DNA of 62,924 bases, filler included. It is 5 parts of 5 records of this genome, joined end to end, with 100 filler letters (N's around TTAATTAATTAA, not from the genome) between each part and the next. Parts side by side here need not be neighbours in the genome. Positions count along the whole stretch, not along the records: positions 7,431 to 27,471 come from SRR31156797_1189; positions 27,572 to 42,718 come from SRR31156797_1191; 3 more parts are not named here. One strand, written 5' to 3'. The position numbers and the translations under genes were made by a program. Position 1 is the stretch's first letter, and each line of letters starts with the position of its first letter. Below are positions 21,193-30,129 of the stretch, piece by piece. The notes under the pieces are model-generated. The model had not been told where the DNA came from, made no database searches, and saw only the letters and a list, made by a program, of their open reading frames with translations.

Positions 21193-22692
21193 TTGAGAGA
21201 AACAGTACTCTCTATGAAAAAAATCGATAAGAGATTTTCCGGTGTGCACGCCCTCAAGGGCGTGGATTTCGACCTGAGAGAGGGTGAGATCCATGCTCTG
21301 GTCGGAGAGAACGGAGCCGGTAAGTCCACTCTTATGAAAACCCTTACGGGGATCTATCCCAAGGATTCGGGAGAGATCCACTACCTGGGTAAACTTTATA
21401 ATCCCAGAGGGCCCAAAGAGGCTCTCGGACGGGGTATCGGAATCATCCATCAGGAATTGAATATGATGGACCATCTGACGGTGGCCCAGAATATCTTCAT
21501 CGGACGGGAGTCCATGCAGAAGAACAAGCTCTTTCTGAACGATAAAGCCCAGAACCTGCGTGCCCGCGAGCTTTTCAGCCGCCTGAATATGGATATCGAT
21601 CCCTCCGAAACCCTGGGGAATCTGACCGTCGGCAAGCAGCAGATGGTTGAGATCGCCAAGGCCGTATCCCACAACCTGAAGATCCTGATCCTGGACGAGC
21701 CCACCGCCGCCCTGACGGAGACGGAGATCAACGAGCTTTTCACCATTATGAGAGACCTCGCCTCCAAGGGCGTGGCCATGATCTACATCTCCCACCGTAT
21801 GGATGAGATCGGAAAGATCACCGACCGGGTAACGGTTATGCGGGACGGCGAGTACGTGGGTACCGAGGACACGGCCAAGCTGACCAAGGAAGACATCATC
21901 AATATGATGGTCGGCCGGGTTATCTACGAAGATCCCAAGGCCCAGAGCAATGTCCCCGCCGACGCGCCCACGGTGCTGAAGGTGACCGGACTCAATGCCG
22001 GACGGCTTGTAAAGGACGTCACCTTCGAACTGAAGAAGGGCGAGATCCTGGGATTCGCCGGATTGATGGGCGCCGGAAGAACCGAAACCGCCCGGGCCCT
22101 GTTCGGAGCGGACAAGGTGGAAACCGGTATCGTCGAGATTGAAGGCAAGCCCGTCAAGATCACCTCCCCCATGGATGCGGTCCGCCACGGCATCGGGTAT
22201 CTGTCGGAAGACAGGAAGCGCTACGGCTTGGCTACCGGCCTGGATGTTACAGAGAATTCCCTGATGGCTTCCTATGACAAATACGAAAACGGCCTGTTTA
22301 TCCATGAGAAGCACACCCAGGAGATTACCGAGGAGTACGTCAAATCCCTGAAGATCAAGACCCCCTCTGTTGAGCAGCTGATCAAGAACCTCTCCGGAGG
22401 AAACCAGCAGAAGGTCGTTATCGCCAAATGGCTGATCAAGGACAGCGACATCCTGATCTTCGACGAGCCCACCAGGGGTATCGATGTCGGAGCCAAGAGC
22501 GAGATCTATACCCTGATGAACGAACTGGCCAAGCAGGGCAAGTCGATCATCATGATCTCCTCCGAGCTGACCGAGATCCTGAGAATGAGCGACAGGGTCG
22601 TCGTCATGTGCGAGGGGCGGATCACGGGAGAGCTGGATATCGCCGACGCCAATCAGGAAGAGATCATGAAGCTCGCTACCAAGCGGGACTGA
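21193..22692 (+). CDS. Sugar ABC transporter ATP-binding protein (RbsA/MglA family)
   Basis: GENGAGKST, LSGGNQQK, DEPTRGIDVGAK. TTG start after AGGAG. Confidence 0.92.
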   Translation: MRETVLSMKKIDKRFSGVHALKGVDFDLREGEIHALVGENGAGKSTLMKTLTGIYPKDSGEIHYLGKLYNPRGPKEALGRGIGIIHQELNMMDHLTVAQNIFIGRESMQKNKLFLNDKAQNLRARELFSRLNMDIDPSETLGNLTVGKQQMVEIAKAVSHNLKILILDEPTAALTETEINELFTIMRDLASKGVAMIYISHRMDEIGKITDRVTVMRDGEYVGTEDTAKLTKEDIINMMVGRVIYEDPKAQSNVPADAPTVLKVTGLNAGRLVKDVTFELKKGEILGFAGLMGAGRTETARALFGADKVETGIVEIEGKPVKITSPMDAVRHGIGYLSEDRKRYGLATGLDVTENSLMASYDKYENGLFIHEKHTQEITEEYVKSLKIKTPSVEQLIKNLSGGNQQKVVIAKWLIKDSDILIFDEPTRGIDVGAKSEIYTLMNELAKQGKSIIMISSELTEILRMSDRVVVMCEGRITGELDIADANQEEIMKLATKRD

Positions 22693-22770
22693 CCGACGAG
22701 CGGAAATCGCTTATGAGACGCCGGGTAGAGCCCCGGCAGCAAGCCTAGAGTATATTAAGGAGTCCATGTA

Positions 22771-23970
22771 ATGGCTAATAAAATGAAGGATATTGAACTG
22801 CAGAAACTGCTGGCCCCCGCGGCCCTGGTTATTCTGTATGTCTTTTTCGGAATCTTCGGGAGAAACTTCTTCTCCTATTCCACTTTGGTTAACATCCTGG
22901 ATGCGTCCTACTATATCGGATTCATCGCCATCGGGGTTACCTTCGTTATCATCACCGGAGGCATCGACCTGAGCTGCGGAACCATCATGATGAGCGCCGC
23001 CATCATCGGCGGTACGGCTTACAAGACCTGGGGCTGGCCCATGGGCGTCTCCCTGCTCGTCATCATGCTGATCGCCATCCTCTACGGTATGTTCAACGGT
23101 TTTATGGTAGCCCACCTGAAGCTCCCCCCCTTTATCGCCACCCTGGGTACCATGATGATTTCCATGGGTATCGGATCCATCGTTTCCAACGTACGGTCCG
23201 CCACCTTCCCCACCAGAGCGGAAGCGGACGGCTGGTTCAAGGGTATTTTCAAGTTCATTACCGAGGACAGAACCTCCATCCCGACGGGAGCCATCGTCCT
23301 GTTCGGCGTGGCGATCATAGCCCACATTATTCTGACGAAGACGAAGATGGGACGCTATATCTTCGCCGTGGGCTCCAACAAAGAGGCCGCCCGCCTGTCC
23401 GGTGTGAACGTTAAGAAGTGGGAGATGATGGCCTATGTCGTCAGCGGCGTGATGGCCGGTTTCGGAGGCATCGCCTTCGCCGCCGTATTCACCACCGTCA
23501 TGCCCGCCCAGGGGCAGGGCTTCGAGCTCTACGCTATCGCGGGCGCGGTAATCGGAGGGACCTCCCTCTCCGGCGGTATCGGTACTGTCTTCGGCACCAT
23601 GATCGGTGTGTTCATCATGAGCGTTCTGCGGGCCGGGCTTCCTTCCATGGACCTCCAGTCCCACTATCAGACCTTCTTCACCGGTATCGTCGTTATCGGA
23701 GCGGTTCTGCTGGATATCTACAGGAACGACAAGGCCGCCGAGGTGAAGATCCTGGCTCCTTCGGATCTGTACAAGCAGGAGACAAGCGCCAGGATCGACG
23801 ACCTGAAGGCCGCTGGCAAGTTCGACGAGGCCTCTAAGCTGAAGGCTGAGATGAAGGCCCACTACGCCAAGATGAGAGCCGACGAGAAGGCCGAGAAAGC
23901 CAAGCTCCTGGCCGAGGAGAAGGAAGCGGAACGCCAGTTCCAGCTGGAGCAGCAGGCTCCCAAGTCCTGA
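22771..23970 (+). CDS. Sugar ABC permease (RbsC family) with charged C-terminal tail
   Basis: TGGIDLS, PPFIATLG, GSNKEAARLSGV, IAGAVIGGTSLSGG. Confidence 0.9.
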   Translation: MANKMKDIELQKLLAPAALVILYVFFGIFGRNFFSYSTLVNILDASYYIGFIAIGVTFVIITGGIDLSCGTIMMSAAIIGGTAYKTWGWPMGVSLLVIMLIAILYGMFNGFMVAHLKLPPFIATLGTMMISMGIGSIVSNVRSATFPTRAEADGWFKGIFKFITEDRTSIPTGAIVLFGVAIIAHIILTKTKMGRYIFAVGSNKEAARLSGVNVKKWEMMAYVVSGVMAGFGGIAFAAVFTTVMPAQGQGFELYAIAGAVIGGTSLSGGIGTVFGTMIGVFIMSVLRAGLPSMDLQSHYQTFFTGIVVIGAVLLDIYRNDKAAEVKILAPSDLYKQETSARIDDLKAAGKFDEASKLKAEMKAHYAKMRADEKAEKAKLLAEEKEAERQFQLEQQAPKS

Positions 23971-24161
23971 TAGCGTTCGGAGCCGCGCGCCGGCTCCGAT
24001 GATGACCGCGCCAGCGATCGGAGGGGCGGCCGTCAGGCCGGTGCGAAAGCACGGACACCCCCGCAGAGCGCGGTGCCGCCCGACGGCGGCAGGCGCCCGG
24101 AAAGGCGCCGGATGATTTTGTGAAATACCGGATATGTTCCGGTGATTTATAGGAGGAAGAT

Positions 24162-25262
24162 ATGAGAATATCTAAGAGATTTGCAGTAGCTCTGCTCAGT
24201 ATCGTGATGATGGCATCCTTTACTGTCGGCGCATTCGCAAACGGACAGAGTGAAGGCGGAAAGCCTTACATCGCAGTTGTTTCCAAGGGTGAGCAGCATG
24301 ACTTCTGGCAGCAGGTAAAGCTGGGTGCCAAGGCCGCGGCCGAGAAGTATGGTGTGGACATGACTTTTGAAGGACCTCCCTCTGAGTCCGATGTACAGAT
24401 TCAGGTTGAAATGCTGAACAACGCTATGGCTAAAAAGCCTGTTGCTCTGGCTCTGGCCGCTCTGGATACCACTTCCGTGGTAGACCAGCTGCAGGAATGT
24501 AAGGACAACGGAATCCCCGTAATCGGTTTTGACTCCGGTGTTCCCAACGCTCCCGCAGGTTCTATCTACGCCAACGCTTCCACCGACAATTTCAACGCAG
24601 CCGGTATGGCCGCAGAGAAGATGTTCGAGGTTATCAAGCCCAGAATCGAAGCCGCTACCGAAGCCGCTCCCGTAACCATCGTCGTTATGAACCAGGACGC
24701 TTCCGGTGAGTCCCTCCTCTCCAGAGGTAAGGGTTTCAGAGACACCATGGTCGAGCTGATCGCCAGCAAGTCCTCTCTGAGCGAGTCCGACATCAAGGTT
24801 ATGGGTAACCCCGCATACGTTGATTCCAAGAACCCCACCAGCGGTAAGAAGGTTATGATCGAAATGGTCGTTCCCGCTTCCGCCGCCGCTTCCGACGCCA
24901 TGAGCTCTGCCAACGCCGTTCTCAACAAGGTTGACGAGGCTAGCGTTCTGGGTATCTTCTGCTCCAACGAGGCAACCGTTAAGGGTCTGCTGGCCGCTAC
25001 CAACGACGGTGCCGACCTGCCCAGCTACAAGGACCTGGTCGTTATCGGTTTCGACGCCGGCGCCGGACAGAAGGCTGCCGTGAGAAACGAGTACTTCCTC
25101 GGTTCCATCACCCAGGATCCCTATTCCATCGGTTACAAGGCTGTCGAACTGGCTTTCATGGCTTACGAAGGAAAGAGCGTTTCCGACGTAGACACGGGTG
25201 CCAAGTTCTACAACAAGGACAACATGGACAACGACGACATCAAGGGTCTGCTTTACGACTGA
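24162..25262 (+). CDS. Sugar ABC substrate-binding protein
   Basis: Spirochaete-style signal (FANGQSE), VSKGEQHDFW, IGFDS, ITQDPYSIGY. Confidence 0.88.
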   Translation: MRISKRFAVALLSIVMMASFTVGAFANGQSEGGKPYIAVVSKGEQHDFWQQVKLGAKAAAEKYGVDMTFEGPPSESDVQIQVEMLNNAMAKKPVALALAALDTTSVVDQLQECKDNGIPVIGFDSGVPNAPAGSIYANASTDNFNAAGMAAEKMFEVIKPRIEAATEAAPVTIVVMNQDASGESLLSRGKGFRDTMVELIASKSSLSESDIKVMGNPAYVDSKNPTSGKKVMIEMVVPASAAASDAMSSANAVLNKVDEASVLGIFCSNEATVKGLLAATNDGADLPSYKDLVVIGFDAGAGQKAAVRNEYFLGSITQDPYSIGYKAVELAFMAYEGKSVSDVDTGAKFYNKDNMDNDDIKGLLYD

Positions 25263-25287
25263 TTTGATTTAAGTCTTTAGATGATTC

Positions 25288-25316
25288 GGGGCTGCCTCTG
25301 GGCGGCCCCTTTTTTT
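25288..25316 (+). terminator. Rho-independent terminator
   Basis: GGGGCTGCC-TCTG-GGCGGCCCC followed by T7, just after the binding-protein stop. Confidence 0.85.
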
Positions 25317-25377
25317 GTCCCCAAGATTCCGTAACCCTTCGATGAACGGACCTGGTAATGGTGGCAAAGCGAAAAAA

Positions 25378-26073
25378 CTAGAAAAGGATCAGGTTCAGCA
25401 AGGGGACGAAGGCTATGGTGATCAGTCCGGTCAGGACGATGGCCAGGCCGCTCATGGCCCCGATGATTTCGCTAAGCTCCAGGGCCTTGGCCGTGCCAAT
25501 GGCGTGGGAGGTGGTCCCCATGGCGATGCCTTTGGCCACGGGATGCCTGATCCGGAACAGAGCGTAGACGGGGGCGTAGATCAGAACGCCCGATACGCCG
25601 TTGACGATGATGGCCACCATGGTGATGCCCGCGACTCCGCCCAGCTCCTCTGTGGCCAGCAGGCCCAGGGGAGTAGTAATAGAACGGGGCAGCAGGGAAC
25701 GGAGCAGAAGCTCATCAAGGCCGAAGAGATAGCAGAGACTGACGGTGCTGATCATACAGGTAAGCACTCCGGCGGTAATGCCGGCCAGAAAGGCCAGCTT
25801 GTGGGCCTTGAGGGCAGCCCTTTGCCGGTAGAGGGGAACCGCCAGAAGCAGAACTGTTACCGGGAGGCCATATTCCAGGATGGAAGCGCCCTTCAGGTAG
25901 TTCTCCAGAGGAATTCTGAGGCCCAGAATCAGGGCGCATATGGTCAGAAAGCTGGTTAGAAAGGGATTGAGCAGGGGGCTCCCCGTTTTCCTGTAGAGGA
26001 GCTTAGCCAGCATATAGGCCCCCAGAGTGATCAGTATGCCGAAGAAAATATTATCCGTCAGGGCATCAGTCAT
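25378..26073 (-). CDS. lrgB: LrgB/CidB family membrane protein
   Basis: LAVPLY, SLLPRSITTP, GTTSHAIGTAKA. Confidence 0.9.
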   Translation of the reverse strand: MTDALTDNIFFGILITLGAYMLAKLLYRKTGSPLLNPFLTSFLTICALILGLRIPLENYLKGASILEYGLPVTVLLLAVPLYRQRAALKAHKLAFLAGITAGVLTCMISTVSLCYLFGLDELLLRSLLPRSITTPLGLLATEELGGVAGITMVAIIVNGVSGVLIYAPVYALFRIRHPVAKGIAMGTTSHAIGTAKALELSEIIGAMSGLAIVLTGLITIAFVPLLNLILF

Positions 26074-26446
26074 GGTGTTCCCCCTTCAGAAGTTTCTGGG
26101 TCACCATGCCGGTGACTCCCATGATCAGTACATTGCTGATCAGCATAACCAGCAGAAGTTTGACCACAACACCCTCGAAGAGTTCCAGAGAGCCCAGAAC
26201 CCTGACCGAGGGAGGCAGAAAGAAGAAGGCCAGGTTTTTCAGGACCAGGTCGGAGAGGCCGCCCCGGTAGTGTTCCTCATTCAAAAGACCCGTCAACAGG
26301 AGGATCAGAAAGAGGATCATGCTGATCAGGGGTGCGGGGAAAGGGACAACCCCTCCCAGTATGCGTCCCGCCGCCAGGAGCAGGAGGATGGTGATGATCT
26401 GTATAATGTGCTTTTTCATATGTGTGGAGAAGTATAGTGTTTCCAC
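26066..26446 (-). CDS. CidA/LrgA family holin-like protein
   Basis: PAPLISM, NLAFFFLPPSV. Overlaps lrgB. The true start may be the MKKH ATG about 27 nt downstream. Confidence 0.85.
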   Translation of the reverse strand: METLYFSTHMKKHIIQIITILLLLAAGRILGGVVPFPAPLISMILFLILLLTGLLNEEHYRGGLSDLVLKNLAFFFLPPSVRVLGSLELFEGVVVKLLLVMLISNVLIMGVTGMVTQKLLKGEHHD

Positions 26447-26482
26447 GGCGGGGGATTCAAGAACGGAATCCCCGGCGCCTGT

Positions 26483-27436
26483 CTAACTCTTTACATTTTT
26501 CGGGTCGCCGCAACACCAGCTCAGGATATTGTCCACTACGATATCCGCCCGCCTGTCAAAGGCTTCTTTCGTGGCGAAAGCGATATGGGGCGTTACGACG
26601 ATGTTCTCCAGTTCCAGCACGGGGACGGCTTCCCTGTTCAGGGGAGGCTCGATGGCGAATACATCCAGGCCCGCACCGGCGATCTTCTTTCCTTTCAGAG
26701 CCTTAATAAGGGCTCTGTCGTCTACAACAGGCCCACGGGCGCAGTTGATCAGGAATGCATTCTCATTCATCAGAGCCAGTTCCCTCTCACCGATCAGTCT
26801 GCGGGTGCCGTCATTCAAAGGACAGTGGAGGGTGACGATATCGCTTCGTTTTAAGAGATCGTCCATACTACAGAGCTTTACATCCAGTCCTTCGGGAACG
26901 GGACGTCCTCTGTCTATGCCCAGAACTCGGCAGCCGAAGGCATTCAAAAGACGGGCCACACGGCACCCTATGGACCCCAGACCGATAATGCCCACTGTTT
27001 TGCCGCAGAGATCGGTGCCTACATAACCGTCTTTGGTTCCTCCGGATCTTGTAATGGGATCCAGCTTCGTAATGTTTCGGAGAACATCGATCATAAGCCC
27101 GATGGTCAGCTCGGCCACATTGATATTAGAGTAACCCGAGGTGTTGCAGACGGTGATATTCCGCTCCCGGCAGGCGTCCATGGCTACATGGTCCAGTCCT
27201 GTAAAGGCGACACAGAGCATCTTCAGGTCGGGAAGTTCCGCGACCACTTCGGCGGGGAAGGGCTGATTGGCTATCACCACGATATCCGCACCCTTTGCCC
27301 TGCGAATGGTCTCTTCCACCTCGATATTACGATCGGCAGAAAAGACCACTTCATGTCCGACGCCTTTCAGCTCTTCTTCTACGGCCGCGATTTTCTGCTC
27401 ATCGATGGCCAGGGGTTCAATCACATGGATCTTCAT
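26483..27436 (-). CDS. D-isomer-specific 2-hydroxyacid dehydrogenase
   Basis: GIIGLGSIG, INCARGPVVD, GAGLDVF, TPHIAF. Confidence 0.92.
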   Translation of the reverse strand: MKIHVIEPLAIDEQKIAAVEEELKGVGHEVVFSADRNIEVEETIRRAKGADIVVIANQPFPAEVVAELPDLKMLCVAFTGLDHVAMDACRERNITVCNTSGYSNINVAELTIGLMIDVLRNITKLDPITRSGGTKDGYVGTDLCGKTVGIIGLGSIGCRVARLLNAFGCRVLGIDRGRPVPEGLDVKLCSMDDLLKRSDIVTLHCPLNDGTRRLIGERELALMNENAFLINCARGPVVDDRALIKALKGKKIAGAGLDVFAIEPPLNREAVPVLELENIVVTPHIAFATKEAFDRRADIVVDNILSWCCGDPKNVKS

Positions 27437-27471
27437 TTTATCTCCGTTTTAATAATTAAAATAAGATTTTA

Positions 27472-27571
27472 NNNNNNNNNNNNNNNNNNNNNNNNNNNNN
27501 NNNNNNNNNNNNNNNTTAATTAATTAANNNNNNNNNNNNNNNNNNNNNNNNNNNNNNNNNNNNNNNNNNNN
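27472..27571. other. Artificial contig spacer
   Basis: Same N/TTAATTAATTAA/N structure. Confidence 0.97.
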
Positions 27572-27582
27572 TTTTGGTGAAC

Positions 27583-27741
27583 TGGGAGCTATAGCTACTA
27601 CATATGGGAGCCATAGCTACTACTTTGTTGACATAAAGCATGATGTTTTTATTCAAAAAAGGTTCAAGAAAATGAAGTGGGAGCCATAGCTACTACTTAC
27701 TGGGAGCCATAGCTACTACATGTGGGAGCCATAGCTACTAC
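27583..27741. repeat. Iteron array: five copies of TGGGAGC(C/T)ATAGCTACTAC
   Basis: Copies at 27583, 27605, 27678, 27701 and 27723, with a 22-23 bp period in groups of 2 and 3 separated by an AT-rich stretch. Lies directly downstream of rep. Confidence 0.9.
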
Positions 27742-27775
27742 TATGTTTTAGTCTTCCACAGAACAATACACAGCC

Positions 27776-28843
27776 CTAAATGTCTTTTTTAAAGGTGACT
27801 TGTCGGGTGGTTACCCCCTTTTTTTTTGCTTTTAAGAGGATGTCATTTGTCCGCTTATTGGCGGCTTTTTGTTCTTTAACAAATTCTATTGAAGGTCTTA
27901 CCGTGTATGTTACATCAATGATTTTACGACCTTCTTGATGTTGTTTAAGGTCATATTTAGTAAGCACCTCACGGCTAACTAATTCTTTAAGAGCCTTTAT
28001 AACTTTTTTACGGTTATCATTTACCCTGTTTTGTTGTAAAAGCCCGCTATCACGCGCTATAACTGAATAATTGAAATGATAATCATTCATTATACTCGCG
28101 TGTTTATAGCGGTGTATTAATTTTTTATAGAGCCAACGTGTTAATTGATCGTTGCAGCTCATAAGACGATCATAATTAAATTGTCTATAATCAAGATAAT
28201 GTATTGCATGACTGATAAACATAGGCAAACGAGCCGCATGCATTGAATCCGTATCTATTAAATATTCCTCTCTATCTGACGTTAAAAGGTCTTGTAATAT
28301 TGAACCATTCCAAACCTCTTTCCCGTCTTTATAAAAAGTGAGGATACAACCAGACATAACTTTAATAGCTTGTTTTATTTGTCCCCTATCTCGTGTTCTG
28401 CCTATAGCTTTAAGTTCCCGCACAATCATTGAAAGTGAAAACTTTACCCATGTTTCAGCATTATCCGGGTCATGTATGCCGTATTGTTGATCCGTCAATA
28501 TTTTTTTAAGGGCTTCTTCCACAAGTTCCTCCGTAACACCAGGAAAAAAGGCTTTATAGCTTCCGTCCTCCTGCTTAAGCAAAGCTGGCTGTATTCTTAC
28601 TTCGCAAGGGATACCGTTAAAATTATATGACCATTCGTACGGTTGTGCTAAACCGTCCTTTGTGCGCAATTTTGCAACTTGATACGGAGTAAAAAAATAT
28701 TTGGGGATGCATTCCCAAAAATCAACGGTGTTAGATACTGCGTCTTTATCATTTGTTACGAAGTTGGAAAAAAGTTCTAACTGGATACATTTAACAGGCT
28801 TTGAAGGTGGCTTTCTTTGCTTTAGGTCTTTTTTTTTGGTCAT
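27776..28843 (-). CDS. Plasmid replication initiator protein
   Basis: Basic 355-aa protein adjacent to iterons. QLELF...SNTVDFWECIPKY...FPGVTEELVEEAL resembles iteron-binding Rep proteins of proteobacterial plasmids. Confidence 0.72.
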   Translation of the reverse strand: MTKKKDLKQRKPPSKPVKCIQLELFSNFVTNDKDAVSNTVDFWECIPKYFFTPYQVAKLRTKDGLAQPYEWSYNFNGIPCEVRIQPALLKQEDGSYKAFFPGVTEELVEEALKKILTDQQYGIHDPDNAETWVKFSLSMIVRELKAIGRTRDRGQIKQAIKVMSGCILTFYKDGKEVWNGSILQDLLTSDREEYLIDTDSMHAARLPMFISHAIHYLDYRQFNYDRLMSCNDQLTRWLYKKLIHRYKHASIMNDYHFNYSVIARDSGLLQQNRVNDNRKKVIKALKELVSREVLTKYDLKQHQEGRKIIDVTYTVRPSIEFVKEQKAANKRTNDILLKAKKKGVTTRQVTFKKDI

Positions 28844-28953
28844 TTAACAAACTCCATATATACTATCTCAGACCTTCGAAGGGCTTATATATTGATTATT
28901 AAGACAAATACGTACATCACCTATTAAAAATAGTCCATAAAATATTATAATAT

Positions 28954-28989
28954 TATTTGGGTTTGTTTAGTACTAAATAAACCCAAATA
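28954..28989. promoter_or_regulatory. 36-bp palindrome upstream of rep
   Basis: TATTTGGGTTTGTTTAGT|ACTAAATAAACCCAAATA: 18-bp arms with one mismatch. Confidence 0.65.
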
Positions 28990-29032
28990 GACTCTTAAAA
29001 ACCTACGAAAGTATTCCGATAAAACCTTAAAC

Positions 29033-29071
29033 CCTTCCTATTATCAGATTGAAGAAATGATAATAGGAAGG
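29033..29071. repeat. Perfect 14-bp inverted repeat with 11-bp spacer
   Basis: CCTTCCTATTATCA-gattgaagaaa-TGATAATAGGAAGG. Confidence 0.75.
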
Positions 29072-29122
29072 TAACGTATATATCTGTTTAGCCAAACGAT
29101 ATAATGCCATGGCTATATAATC

Positions 29123-29151
29123 TTGACATTATATAACGCGAAAGTTATAAT
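29123..29151 (+). promoter_or_regulatory. Consensus sigma70 promoter of the TA operon with overlapping operator
   Basis: TTGACA (29123-29128), 17 bp, TATAAT (29146-29151). Inverted repeat TATAAC...GTTATA at 29132-29149. Confidence 0.8.
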
Positions 29152-29154
29152 TAT

Positions 29155-29511
29155 ATGAAATGGAAGCTTGAAATTCATCCTGATTTTGAACGGGATTTGC
29201 AGAAATATGATGAAGCTGTACAAGACAATATTTTTGCAAAAGCTATTTTTCTTCGGGAGTTTGGGCCACAACTTGGCAGGCCACATGTTGATACGCTGAA
29301 AGCGTCGAAACATGCTAATATGAAAGAGTTAAGGTTAGATGTGAATGAGGGGGTTTGGCGTGTAGCCTTTGCATTTGATCCTGAACGTAAGGCTGTTCTT
29401 TTGGTCGCAGGAGATAAAGCGGGAAAGAACCAAAGCAAATTTTACAAAAAGCTCATAAAAATCGCAGACGATCGTTTTAATGAGCATTTGAAGACGCTTA
29501 AAAAAGGATAA
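29155..29511 (+). CDS. Type II toxin, RelE/HigB superfamily (Gp49/Tad-like)
   Basis: FGPQLGRPHVDTLKASKHANMKELR...WRVAFAFDPERKAVLLVAGDK. Toxin-first order. Confidence 0.9.
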   Translation: MKWKLEIHPDFERDLQKYDEAVQDNIFAKAIFLREFGPQLGRPHVDTLKASKHANMKELRLDVNEGVWRVAFAFDPERKAVLLVAGDKAGKNQSKFYKKLIKIADDRFNEHLKTLKKG

Positions 29512-29516
29512 GGAAA

Positions 29517-29843
29517 ATGGGAAAATCAATTGAAGAAATCATGGAAGGGCTGGCTCCAGAACGCCAAGAACGTATCCGAGCGCAGGCTGATAAATATATT
29601 CGGGAATATAAGACGCTCCAAGAAGTCCGTAAACTAATGGGTATAACACAAAGTGATTTAGCCAAGCGTCAGGGTGTTAATCAGGTAAACATCTCTAATT
29701 TAGAAAATCGTTCGGATATGCTCCTCTCAACATTGAAAGGATATATAGAGGCGATGGGCTGTGAGCTTGAAATTCATGTCAAAATCCCAAATCAATCACA
29801 TATTCTTATTGATCCATTACCAAGAGAAGAAAGCCGAATTTAA
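29517..29843 (+). CDS. XRE-family HTH antitoxin (HigA/Ata-like)
   Basis: LQEVRKLMGITQSDLAKRQGVNQVNISNLENRSDMLLSTL. Confidence 0.88.
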   Translation: MGKSIEEIMEGLAPERQERIRAQADKYIREYKTLQEVRKLMGITQSDLAKRQGVNQVNISNLENRSDMLLSTLKGYIEAMGCELEIHVKIPNQSHILIDPLPREESRI

Positions 29844-29880
29844 GATGTAACCCAGAAAACCTTGTTTAGGGTTGTGTAAT

Positions 29881-30070
29881 CCCTTATGGTGTTATCTGGT
29901 ACCATATAAACCCATTTGGTATTATTTGGTACAGTATAAATATAAACAAGTCCTTGTATATCTATAAAAATATGTATATTCTTTCTAAGTCCTATTTGGA
30001 TGTATGCAGCACCATAAAAAATTACATAATCTTTCATAGATTTATTTGGTACCAAATAAATCCAAATAAA
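29881..30070. promoter_or_regulatory. Putative partition centromere / parA operator of 10-bp phased repeats
   Basis: Decamers ending TGGT and inverted ACCA(A/T)ATAAA in register. Perfect 24-bp palindrome GATTTATTTGGT|ACCAAATAAATC at 30039-30062. Confidence 0.65.
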
Positions 30071-30129
30071 CTTATATAGGTTTATACAATATAGAATAAG
30101 TATTTATAAAATTTTAAAGGGCTACGAAA

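Noticed and set aside
12728-21329. Long antisense ORFs (734, 533, 299 and 700 aa) as overlapping genes
   Set aside because: They are shadows of GC3-rich coding strands, carry no recognisable motifs, and lie opposite well-supported genes.
23971-24150. GC-rich intergenic hairpins as a riboswitch or ncRNA
   Set aside because: A hairpin (TCGGAGCCG...CGGCTCCGA) is present, but I recognise no riboswitch consensus. It is more likely an mRNA stability element.
27583-27741. Short direct-repeat array as a CRISPR
   Set aside because: Repeats are 19 bp with 3-4 bp gaps, have no unique spacers or cas genes, and sit next to rep. They are iterons.
29840-30055. 71-aa ORF with repeated MVP motifs
   Set aside because: It is the translation of the phased palindromic par repeats.
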